From IMG/VR virus record IMGVR_UViG_3300038315_001276: 20,000 bases of DNA; one strand, written 5' to 3'. Below are positions 1 to 7,271 of this stretch, piece after piece. Positions within the stretch are counted from its first letter, which is position 1. Every line of letters starts with the position of its first letter. The position numbers and the translations under genes were made by a program. This stretch comes from an uncultured virus (IMG/VR IMGVR_UViG_3300038315_001276). Taxonomy: Duplodnaviria > Heunggongvirae > Uroviricota > Caudoviricetes. The notes under the pieces were generated by a model. The model searched no databases, had not been told where the DNA came from, and saw nothing but the letters and a program-made list of their open reading frames with translations.

Positions 1-299
1 TACGGCCCCATTTCTTCACTCATGAGCTTGAGGCTTACATACCGATAGCCGCGACCGTTCAGGCCGGATTGCTTGGCGACGACACAGACAATAGCGCGCT
101 TTGCGTTGGCTGGCAGATCATAGACCTGATCAAAGCGGCGGCGCTCTGCATCATCGAGTTTCGCCAGATCGATCGAGAGCGCAACGGCGGCGCTTTCGTG
201 GTCGGTCGTGAACATGCGGATCTTAGCATCAGGACCGCAAAGCTCAGCTTGCAGAACCTTGCCTGCGGTTTCGGTGGTGGGGAATGTGATGGTGCCCAT
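1..299 (-). CDS. Hypothetical protein, DUF6927-like, 3' end truncated by window edge (not in ORF track)
   Basis: ATG at 299 preceded by TGAAAGGAAACTGAA; frame open to base 1: MGTITFPTTETAGKVLQAELCGPDAKIRMF...LNGRGYRYVSLKLMSEEMGP. The K-x-M-x-E-x-MGP motif recalls DUF6927 proteins of mobile elements (from memory). Confidence 0.75.
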   Translation of the reverse strand, partial: MGTITFPTTETAGKVLQAELCGPDAKIRMFTTDHESAAVALSIDLAKLDDAERRRFDQVYDLPANAKRAIVCVVAKQSGLNGRGYRYVSLKLMSEEMGP

Positions 300-321
300 T
301 TCAGTTTCCTTTCAGGTGTTG

Positions 322-336
322 CGGGGTTTCGACCCG
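322..336 (-). repeat. Leader hairpin copy D (CGGG-TCGAAAC-CCCG)
   Basis: 4-bp stem with a loop ending CGAAAC, upstream of the TGAAAGG RBS of the minus-strand ORF starting at 299. Confidence 0.55.
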
Positions 337-343
337 TGCCCTC

Positions 344-372
344 AATATGCGCCCCACTTTATCAAACGTCAA
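344..372 (-). promoter_or_regulatory. Putative sigma70 promoter for the leftward accessory genes
   Basis: Minus strand TTGACG-N17-CATATT with an AT-rich tract upstream. Confidence 0.65.
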
Positions 373-405
373 TCCGTATAGTTTACTTTTTTATCTTTTA
401 TGCGC

Positions 406-435
406 TTGCATAGGTTTTATATTTGTCTATATGGT
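406..435 (+). promoter_or_regulatory. Putative sigma70 promoter for the 485-3846 operon
   Basis: TTGCAT at 406-411, then TATATG (428, 16-bp spacer) or TATGGT (430, 18-bp spacer); back-to-back with the minus-strand promoter. Confidence 0.5.
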
Positions 436-442
436 AGGACAT

Positions 443-458
443 GGCGACCGAAACCGCC
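443..458 (+). repeat. Leader hairpin copy A (GGCG-ACCGAAAC-CGCC)
   Basis: 4-bp GC stem, 8-nt loop, followed by TGAAAGG at 470-476 and ATG at 485. Confidence 0.6.
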
Positions 459-484
459 CCCACACATTTTGAAAGGTTCAGACA

Positions 485-1534
485 ATGAAAGATTGCACCC
501 AGATCACTCCAGCACCCGGCGCGCCCGTCGTTCATGGTGACTATTCAAACGCGGATCGCACCGGATGGATTGCCAGCGTGATCGAGAACGAAAACGAAGT
601 TTATTCACTTGGCAGCGGCGCAATGCAGCGCGAGTTTTTGCGCGTCGTCGTCGTGTTCGAGGATCTGAGCTTTACCGAGATTTCCGAAGGCATCGCGGCC
701 CCTTGGATGGAAAAGGCGCAGGCCTTGGACGTACCACACAAGAGCGAGGCCGACGCCTTGGCTATGCTGGACGATGCGAAGGCAGAGCAGGCACGCAAGC
801 ACGCCCAGCGCCAAGCAGAGAGCGAGGCAGAGGCCGAACGGGTCAGCGCATGGCGCGACACCATCCGCGACAAGATCCCCGCCAACGCTAAGGCCGTCAT
901 TGTGGCGCAGCTGATGCAAGATCAATCCGACAGCATGACGGACTATTTCGCCAGCCGTCCGACTAAAGCCATCATTTTGGCATTCAGCACGCACACACGC
1001 GACCTGTTCCCCGAGATGCGCAAGGCAGCCAAGAACCACACCAGCACCGCGCACCTTGCAGACGCGCCAGCCAGCGCAGAGAACCGCCAAAAGTACAGCA
1101 TGGGCGGCGGCTACTTCTTGAAGGAAGGCGGACGCCACAGCACAGGATGGAAGATCAGCAAACAGGTTTTCTATGCCAACGATCTAAACAACGATCGCGC
1201 AAACCTTGTGCCCTATGGGGAATGGAGCGTCCCAGCAGAGGCCGCAAGCAACGCCCGCACCTACACCAAGACGGAAGCAGTACCGGAGGCCGTCGCGCTG
1301 GATGTAGACGCGCCCGAAGGCTTCACCGTGACAAGCCACACCCACACAAAGAAGGGCTTTCAGATGTTCATTGTAGAACAGGCCGAACGGGTGGGGCGCG
1401 AAACCTTCATGCGCCAACTTGAGCAGGCAAAGAGCTTGCGCGGCTGGTATTCTCGCAAGTGGGGAAGCACGCCCGCAGGCTTTGCGTTTAAGGATCAAGC
1501 TGCAGTCGTTAAGTTTTTGGAGGCGGTAGCATGA
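485..1534 (+). CDS. Hypothetical protein (349 aa) resembling mobile-element 'fusion protein'/polyvalent-protein-associated domains
   Basis: Good RBS (TGAAAGG). Motifs DSMTDYF, AFSTHTRDLFPEMRKAA, ENRQKYSMGGGYFL and C-terminal GWYS...PAGFAFK recall conserved proteins of conjugative elements; exact family not identified. Confidence 0.8.
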   Translation: MKDCTQITPAPGAPVVHGDYSNADRTGWIASVIENENEVYSLGSGAMQREFLRVVVVFEDLSFTEISEGIAAPWMEKAQALDVPHKSEADALAMLDDAKAEQARKHAQRQAESEAEAERVSAWRDTIRDKIPANAKAVIVAQLMQDQSDSMTDYFASRPTKAIILAFSTHTRDLFPEMRKAAKNHTSTAHLADAPASAENRQKYSMGGGYFLKEGGRHSTGWKISKQVFYANDLNNDRANLVPYGEWSVPAEAASNARTYTKTEAVPEAVALDVDAPEGFTVTSHTHTKKGFQMFIVEQAERVGRETFMRQLEQAKSLRGWYSRKWGSTPAGFAFKDQAAVVKFLEAVA

Positions 1535-2844
1535 GCGAGCATTTCAGAGCACCCGCGACCCTGCGCCCATTGCGTGACATCGTTGCAGAGTATGAGGCCA
1601 AGCGGGGAGAGATCCCCGCAGCGCTTCAGACATTCAAACAGCAAACAACTGACCTTGAAACAGCGGCAAACATTGGCGGCGCTTATGGCGGCAACCTATG
1701 GAGCGGGGGCAGGTACAGCAGCGCGCCAAACGTAGGCGAAGCGGCTATGCAATCAACCTTGCTAAAGTCTGCATGGCGGCACGTTATGGCCGGATTGAAT
1801 ATATCGAAGATCGCCACGGCCAAGGACAAAAGCGCGCTAGAGCTCAGCATGGAGAACCCGCCAGAATTTACGCTTGATAATATCCGCGCCACCTTCGGGA
1901 AATACCTGATTGACCCGCGCACGCACATCTTGCGCGGCGTGGCCGAGGCGTTTTGCGAACTTGACCCCGCGTTCAAATCGCACAGCAAAATGAAGGTTGG
2001 CGTTGCTGGACTGCCCAAGCGTGTGATTATGTCCAACGCGCTGGCAGAATATGGCGGATGGAAAGCCGACCAGCTGGCCGACGTGCTGAACGCTGTTTCA
2101 AGGCTACATGGCGAACCCCGTTTGGAGTATGCAGAGCTCGACGCCCTATTGAAAGCGGCGAAGCGTGGCGACGATCCCGAGCTATTCGGGATGACCCTAC
2201 GCGGCTTTGCAAATGGCAATTGCCACATATTCTTTGACCGCGAAGCACAGGACCACATAAACCGTGCGCTGGCCGAGTATTACGGCGACGTATTGCCAGA
2301 CACGCCCGACGAACCCAAAGCAAAGCAACCAGGCACCGACCTTGCAAAGGATCTGCAGTTTTACCCGACACCAGCGGCCGCAGCTAAGGAGCTTGTAGAC
2401 CGGGCGCACCTGGTCGAAGGAATGGCCGTGCTAGAACCCTCTTGCGGAACTGGCAATATCATGGACGCCCTGAGAGACAAGCAGCCACGCTTGAGGGTTA
2501 CAGGAGTTGAATGCCACGCAGGCCGCGCAGAAGAAGCGAGAGCCAAGGGGCACCATGTGCAAACGGCGAACTTCCTACAGATCGCGCCTAGCCCTGTTTT
2601 TGATTTGGTTCTGATGAACCCGCCATTTTATGGGAAGCACTATCAAAAGCACGTAGAGCACGCGCGCCGATTCCTGAAACCTGATGGCGCAGTTTACGCA
2701 ATCCTGCCTATCACAGCGGTAACGGATCACGGCTATATCGAGCCCGGGCGCGGTTGGGACAAATGGAAGGATCTTCCCGTCGGGACGTTCAGCGAAAGCG
2801 GAACCAACATTAACACGGGAATAGCCCGCTTTTTTGCCCCCTGA
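1531..2844 (+). CDS. DUF4942-domain SAM-dependent DNA amino-methyltransferase (probably N6-adenine)
   Basis: QFYPTP (motif X), VLEPSCGTG (motif I), LVLMNPPF (motif IV) in gamma-class order, FSESGTNI near the end; N-terminal region with EFTLDNIRATF typical of DUF4942; ATGA overlap with the upstream gene. Confidence 0.85.
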   Translation: MSEHFRAPATLRPLRDIVAEYEAKRGEIPAALQTFKQQTTDLETAANIGGAYGGNLWSGGRYSSAPNVGEAAMQSTLLKSAWRHVMAGLNISKIATAKDKSALELSMENPPEFTLDNIRATFGKYLIDPRTHILRGVAEAFCELDPAFKSHSKMKVGVAGLPKRVIMSNALAEYGGWKADQLADVLNAVSRLHGEPRLEYAELDALLKAAKRGDDPELFGMTLRGFANGNCHIFFDREAQDHINRALAEYYGDVLPDTPDEPKAKQPGTDLAKDLQFYPTPAAAAKELVDRAHLVEGMAVLEPSCGTGNIMDALRDKQPRLRVTGVECHAGRAEEARAKGHHVQTANFLQIAPSPVFDLVLMNPPFYGKHYQKHVEHARRFLKPDGAVYAILPITAVTDHGYIEPGRGWDKWKDLPVGTFSESGTNINTGIARFFAP

Positions 2845-2880
2845 TGTATCGGTGAGGGCCGACAGAGCGCGGCCCGATCC

Positions 2881-2898
2881 CATGCACCGGAACGCATG
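2881..2898 (+). repeat. Leader hairpin copy B (CATGC-ACCGGAAC-GCATG)
   Basis: 5-bp stem unrelated in sequence to copy A, loop differing by one base, then TGAAAGG at 2905-2911 and ATG at 2920. A second GC hairpin (GGGCCG...CGGCCC) lies just upstream. Confidence 0.6.
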
Positions 2899-2919
2899 AC
2901 AGCTTGAAAGGAAAGACAG

Positions 2920-3129
2920 ATGAAACACTTTGCCAACGAAGACGAGGCGCTGGCCTATGTGATGCCAGAGCTTATCGACACTTTGCGGGATGACTTGGAG
3001 AACATGCAAAACGCGGAGCGTGAGCACTACGAGGAATCCGACATTGAAGAGATGCAAAACCGCATCGCGGACCTTGAGGCTATCGCGCCACGGGTGCGGC
3101 TCGACCCAGCCGAGGACTTGAGCGCATGA
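2920..3129 (+). CDS. Small acidic hypothetical protein (69 aa)
   Basis: RBS TGAAAGGAAAG; very D/E-rich, helical-looking; ATGA overlap with the next gene. Confidence 0.75.
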   Translation: MKHFANEDEALAYVMPELIDTLRDDLENMQNAEREHYEESDIEEMQNRIADLEAIAPRVRLDPAEDLSA

Positions 3130-3458
3130 CCCACCACGCCCAGCATATGATTGCCCTAAAGTACCTTGAGACGCCGAAGCATCGCGTTTATCGCACCGCC
3201 TACCGGATGCACCTTGGCGGGCTGGATAACATGCGCAACGACGCCCAGACCAGCGGCTGGCACCATTGGAAGATCCACAAGGAATGCGTTGAAACTGGCG
3301 CTATCGTTGAAACCTTGGCAACCAAGGGAAAGCCGACAGGGTGGCATTTCGAGACAATCACGAAAACCGAGCTCACGCCCGCAGGGGAACAGCATGTCAT
3401 TCCGGGGTGTGAGCGCAACGCGAGCCCCAAGGCATCGCAGCTTGATCTATTCGGGTAA
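3126..3458 (+). CDS. Hypothetical protein (110 aa) with C-terminal QLDLF beta-clamp-binding motif
   Basis: Coupled to the upstream ORF; ends ...TPAGEQHVIPG...SQLDLFG. Confidence 0.75.
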   Translation: MTHHAQHMIALKYLETPKHRVYRTAYRMHLGGLDNMRNDAQTSGWHHWKIHKECVETGAIVETLATKGKPTGWHFETITKTELTPAGEQHVIPGCERNASPKASQLDLFG

Positions 3459-3463
3459 TAGGT

Positions 3464-3505
3464 GCCGCGCGCCTACCCCTTGCGGGGCCGAAACAGGCGC
3501 GCGGC
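3464..3505 (+). repeat. Leader hairpin copy C: perfect 11-bp stem enclosing A-[CCCC-TTGC-GGGG]-CCGAAAC
   Basis: GCCGCGCGCCT (3464-3474) pairs with AGGCGCGCGGC (3495-3505); followed by TGAAAGG at 3511-3517. Confidence 0.65.
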
Positions 3506-3552
3506 TTGCCTGAAAGGTCAGACAGTGACCGGATAACACAAAGGAAAAACAC

Positions 3553-3846
3553 ATGAAACACCAGACAGCACAGCAGATTGACGAGATGACCGGCCCAGAG
3601 GCTCAGGCCTTGGCCGAGCGCTTAGCGGTTCAACTTTGCGGGTCTGATCGCTTTAAGACGGATCTGGCAACCCGCTTGGGCTATTCCCGCCCAGCTGTAA
3701 ACGGTTGGTTTGCAGAGGGAGGACGGCCGCCGGCCATTGTGATCATGTATATGCTTGCGGAGATGCAGCGAGCCGATGCCGTGGCCTTGCTGGAAACCCT
3801 GAACGGCGCGCTGGACGATCTCAGGCTATACCGCGCGGGAGCCTAA
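3553..3846 (+). CDS. HTH DNA-binding protein (97 aa)
   Basis: RBS AAAGGAAA; KTDLATRLGYSRPAVNGW is a Cro/C1-like HTH. Confidence 0.75.
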   Translation: MKHQTAQQIDEMTGPEAQALAERLAVQLCGSDRFKTDLATRLGYSRPAVNGWFAEGGRPPAIVIMYMLAEMQRADAVALLETLNGALDDLRLYRAGA

Positions 3847-3867
3847 CCCCATTCCAACTTTACGACC

Positions 3868-4377
3868 TCACGCGCCGCGGCTGGCTCTCTCGCCGCGGCG
3901 TCTGTTTTCCAGCGTCATGCGCTTGGACCTTGCGGCTGTCTTATCCCGCGTTTCAACAATTGTGCGCAGTGCCAAAGCCGTCATAGGAACAGGCCGTAGG
4001 ACGAGCTCGAAGCCCAGCGCCCCCGCCCAATCCAGCAGCGTTTGCACGTTGGGGATCTTCTTGGTGCCGTCGCGCTCGACCTTAGCCAATAGATCAGGCT
4101 CAAGACCTGCTACCTCTTCCAGCTCGCGGATGGTCAACAGCAGGCTTTCCCGGCGTTGGCGCAGCATCTGGCGGATGGTGTCATACGTTGGAACTTGGTG
4201 ATCGATCGGATCACGCCGCGCGCCAGGATCAACAGCAGGAACCACCCCGCCCTGTTTCAACTCCGCATAGAGATTGCATCCCGCGCTTGGGCACTTGGCG
4301 ATGACGCTATCTTTTGTCACCGCCTGGATTGACCAGCCCGCGGCCTGAACGTCCTTCACAAACTTGGTGTCCATCAC
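3868..4377 (-). CDS. XRE-family HTH protein with an extra N-terminal domain
   Basis: LRQRRESLLLTIRELEEVAGLEPDLLAKVERDG...PNVQTLLDWAGALGFEL is an XRE HTH; overlaps the upstream stop. Confidence 0.8.
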   Translation of the reverse strand: MMDTKFVKDVQAAGWSIQAVTKDSVIAKCPSAGCNLYAELKQGGVVPAVDPGARRDPIDHQVPTYDTIRQMLRQRRESLLLTIRELEEVAGLEPDLLAKVERDGTKKIPNVQTLLDWAGALGFELVLRPVPMTALALRTIVETRDKTAARSKRMTLENRRRGERASRGA

Positions 4378-4574
4378 TTCAATCCTTCAACCCGTATCCG
4401 GTAATTCACTAAATTCTGGCAATGCGTTCGAAACACCGCGCATTCCGGCCTTTGTTCCAGAGCCACAAGCGCGGCCCGTTCGTCTTCGACAATCTGCGTC
4501 AGCTCAGCGCGATCCGCCGCGCCTCGGATCCTGCCCTTGATCCGCTCGGCCTCAGAGATGTCAGCCTCTTTCAT
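4374..4574 (-). CDS. Hypothetical protein (66 aa)
   Basis: Start re-called to ATG 4574 (ATGA overlap with the PAPS-reductase-like stop); also overlaps the next gene's start. Confidence 0.65.
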   Translation of the reverse strand: MKEADISEAERIKGRIRGAADRAELTQIVEDERAALVALEQRPECAVFRTHCQNLVNYRIRVEGLK

Positions 4575-5509
4575 CCTGTGCATTCTCCGTCATCGACTTG
4601 ACAAAGAACGCCCTCAGTCGATAACGCCCAATCGCCTTGACGGTCCATGAAGTCGGCCATTTCCGCACGTGTGTATCGCTTAGAAAATGCGGCAGCGGTG
4701 CCGCTGGTAAGCTCACTTGCAAGAGCCTCGCACTGCTCCCACCAAATGCCACGTTCTGGAAATTCACGGTGCAGCGCAGCTATATTGGCCTCAGCCTTGA
4801 GAAAGCAACCGTCGCAGTTTCCCAGCCAGCATTTGCCTTTGACATTCGGCAGGCGTAGATCAAAAGACTGCGCGCGCCAAAATGCAGCAACGTCTCGTTT
4901 AGATATCCCTGCTTTGACCATCGGCTGCCAGACCGTCCAGCGATCCTTGAACCGCACACCTTCCGGCTTGATGCGTCCTGGTTCATCAGCTCGAATACCG
5001 ACGCAGTTTGTCCAGTAATCCCAGCCAAGACCGCGCAGATACCGCTTTGCTGTCCGAACCTTCAATTCGGTTGAACAGAACCGGGCCTGTTGGTTTGGTA
5101 GAAACTTCCGCATCAGGATCAGCGCGACAAACGGTTCACCGAGCTGAGCTGCCGAATTGTGGGAGACCACGCGGTATCCAGTTTCCGAAACACACCACCA
5201 TTCCCTGAGCCGTTCAGCGTAAGATTCGCCAAAGTGCTTGGTGATCATATCAAACTCGGCACGGGACAGTGGTCTCCTTGGTGCGTATTCCATCCACGTG
5301 ACGCGGACGCCCCAGCGGGATCCGCACTGCTGCACGAAATCCAACGTCTCGGGCATTTCACGCCCAGTGTTCTGGAATGTGACCTCGACGTCATCGCGCA
5401 GGCTACCGTTGGCGTCGAGGATCTGGTGCAGCATGTATGCACTGGACCGGCCACCGCTAAACGCGATCTGGATATTCCCTTCGGGCAGGATATACGGGGA
5501 GCGGGTCAA
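4571..5509 (-). CDS. PAPS-reductase-family (PP-loop) protein, NinC-like
   Basis: IAFSGGRSS PP-loop, FQNTGRE, RFCSTELK, GIRADE, GNCDGCFLK; positioned directly after the helicase as in nin regions. Confidence 0.85.
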   Translation of the reverse strand: MTRSPYILPEGNIQIAFSGGRSSAYMLHQILDANGSLRDDVEVTFQNTGREMPETLDFVQQCGSRWGVRVTWMEYAPRRPLSRAEFDMITKHFGESYAERLREWWCVSETGYRVVSHNSAAQLGEPFVALILMRKFLPNQQARFCSTELKVRTAKRYLRGLGWDYWTNCVGIRADEPGRIKPEGVRFKDRWTVWQPMVKAGISKRDVAAFWRAQSFDLRLPNVKGKCWLGNCDGCFLKAEANIAALHREFPERGIWWEQCEALASELTSGTAAAFSKRYTRAEMADFMDRQGDWALSTEGVLCQVDDGECTG

Positions 5510-6897
5510 AATTCCATGTCCTGCGTTGTGGCAAGGTTCCAGAACCTGTTGGTGCCCATGTCACAGCCGACAGTGACAGTCCCAACCTCGCCCATACGAG
5601 CCTTGCCGATGATGATCTCCATCTTGCCCTTGCTGGCCTCAAGATCCGCGATGAAGTCGGCGAGCTCTTCGGTTTTCGTCGGGCGCGTCTTGCGCTGCAG
5701 AAAGTATTCCTCGCGGAAACAGAACACGACGTTATCCGGCGCGTTTTCCAAATCACCGGACCCGCGCAGGTGTGACAGCTTGGGGCGTGCGTCTTCGCTT
5801 TCCAGCATCTTGCGATCGATCTGGGCCAGCGCCAGGACGTGGACGTCGAGATCCTTGGCAACCTGCTTGAGATCGTTTGCCACGGCAGACAGCACCTCGA
5901 AGTTGTTGCCCTTGCCCTTGATCAGCTGGATGTAATCGATGACCAGCAGGCCCAGCCCTTTAAAATTGCCGTTGGGCTGCCATTTGTGCTTGAGCTTCTT
6001 GGCCTCCGACAGGATCGACGGCATGTCATCGACACGGGCCGAGAATATCTCGACGGGAAGAAACTCTTGCCCCTTCGCCGCCTGCGTCACCTTCTGCAAC
6101 GTGTTCTGGCTCATGGGCCGGTCAAACGCCTTGTAGGGTATCTGGCTATCGATGCTGTTCATGCGGGCGGCGAGGTCGCGCTCTGGCATCTCACGCGAGA
6201 CAAACCCCACGCCGAACCCTTCGCGCGCAGCTGCCCGTGTGATCCACAGGGCCAAGGCCGTCTTACCCATCGAGGTACTGCCCCCGAGGATCGTGTACCG
6301 GCCCCGTGCCAAGCGTAGCGCCTCGTCAAGCTCTGACAGCCCCGTAGGGATCGCCGTGATCTTGCCGCTCTGGATGTCTACCGCGTCCTGAATGGCCTGC
6401 GTGTGTGCCTTGATCAGCGACATCGAGCGAGGTTCACCCTCGGGCTCTTGGCGGTGCAGGAATAGTTCGAGGTCAGCAACCGAAACGCTTGCGCTTTCAT
6501 CAGCGTTGATTCGAGCGCGCACCCCGTCACAGATTTCCAGCAATTCCCGCCGGCGCTTCATCTCGGCCACGCTCTGCGCGTAGTCAGCGATCGCGAAGGA
6601 TGCCGTCGCATGCCCTGCCAGCTTTGCCAGATACCCGACACCGCCCAGCTGCGCGAGACCTTCATCGCTCGCCATGTCTTCCTTGAGCGTCACCATCGAC
6701 GCCAGCTTATCCGCGTTGATCCGCCCGATCAGGTTGGCGAAGATCCTTTGATGCACAGGGTCATAGAATTGCTCTGCCTTGAGCTTGCCCGTGATCTTAT
6801 AGGCCAGCGAATTATCGTTGAGCAGCGCCCCCAGCACCTGCTGTTCCGCCTCGATGTTGTTGGGCAGTTCTTGGTTTACGGAGGTCATGGCGTTCAT
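5506..6897 (-). CDS. dnaB: Phage replicative DNA helicase, DnaB family
   Basis: LPNNIEAEQQVLGALL and FYDPVHQRIF N-terminal domain; Walker A GGSTSMGKT; Walker B LLVIDYIQLI; LAQIDR, PKLSHLRGSGDLE, IIGKARMG. Start re-called to 6897 (ATGA overlap). Confidence 0.95.
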   Translation of the reverse strand: MNAMTSVNQELPNNIEAEQQVLGALLNDNSLAYKITGKLKAEQFYDPVHQRIFANLIGRINADKLASMVTLKEDMASDEGLAQLGGVGYLAKLAGHATASFAIADYAQSVAEMKRRRELLEICDGVRARINADESASVSVADLELFLHRQEPEGEPRSMSLIKAHTQAIQDAVDIQSGKITAIPTGLSELDEALRLARGRYTILGGSTSMGKTALALWITRAAAREGFGVGFVSREMPERDLAARMNSIDSQIPYKAFDRPMSQNTLQKVTQAAKGQEFLPVEIFSARVDDMPSILSEAKKLKHKWQPNGNFKGLGLLVIDYIQLIKGKGNNFEVLSAVANDLKQVAKDLDVHVLALAQIDRKMLESEDARPKLSHLRGSGDLENAPDNVVFCFREEYFLQRKTRPTKTEELADFIADLEASKGKMEIIIGKARMGEVGTVTVGCDMGTNRFWNLATTQDMEF

Positions 6898-7250
6898 TTC
6901 AGGCCCAGCGCTTTCAGATCGTTGTTGATCGTGTGCTCGGAGCACCCCAGCTGGCAGGCGATTTCGGTCGGTTTGATCCCATTGGCGAACAAAGGGCCCA
7001 CCTTGGCGCGGCGCTGCGTCAGGTTGGCAATGCGTTGGTGCACCTTGTCAGTTTTCATGTTCCGGCCCGAATAATTGAACCGCTTCACGCTGCGCAGCTT
7101 GCTTTCACCCTTCCAGCTTTCATCCTTGCTCAATTCCGATTCCGGCTTCGGCGTGTAGAGCGCACGGTTCACCGGCCGCAGCTTCATCGCCTCCGCTCGT
7201 ACTTCCATGATCCGGTCTACTACCGCGCTCAGTTGGGGATCAGTTTGCAT
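6894..7250 (-). CDS. Hypothetical protein with C-terminal HTH
   Basis: RBS GGAAGGA; GIKPTEIACQLGCSEHTINNDLKALG is HTH-like. Confidence 0.75.
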   Translation of the reverse strand: MQTDPQLSAVVDRIMEVRAEAMKLRPVNRALYTPKPESELSKDESWKGESKLRSVKRFNYSGRNMKTDKVHQRIANLTQRRAKVGPLFANGIKPTEIACQLGCSEHTINNDLKALGLK

Positions 7251-7271
7251 GTTTCATTCCTTCCGTTGGGG

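Noticed and set aside
268..275. Additional ACCGAAAC on the minus strand inside the left-edge ORF
   Set aside because: Not enclosed by a stem and not followed by an RBS; probably a coincidence of Thr-Glu-Thr codons.
69..413. 114-aa plus-strand ORF from the ORF track
   Set aside because: Shadow of the minus-strand gene starting at 299, which has a promoter, RBS and recognisable motif; it also runs through the AT-rich promoter region.
3464..3505. Strong GC stem as an intrinsic terminator
   Set aside because: No U-tract follows on either strand; treated as a leader structure instead.
3459..3510. Hairpin followed by CGAAAC suggested a hammerhead ribozyme
   Set aside because: The CUGANGA half of the catalytic core is absent here and at the other CGAAAC copies.
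4571..5509. PAPS-reductase-like gene as a sulfur-assimilation auxiliary metabolic gene (cysH) or a complete Dnd/Ssp system
   Set aside because: No other cys, dnd or ssp genes in the window; the nin-like position argues against a metabolic role.
5506..5523. DnaB C-terminal QDMEF (and EEELF ending 16276-16533) as clamp-binding motifs
   Set aside because: Poor match to QL[S/D]LF; too weak to report without conservation data.
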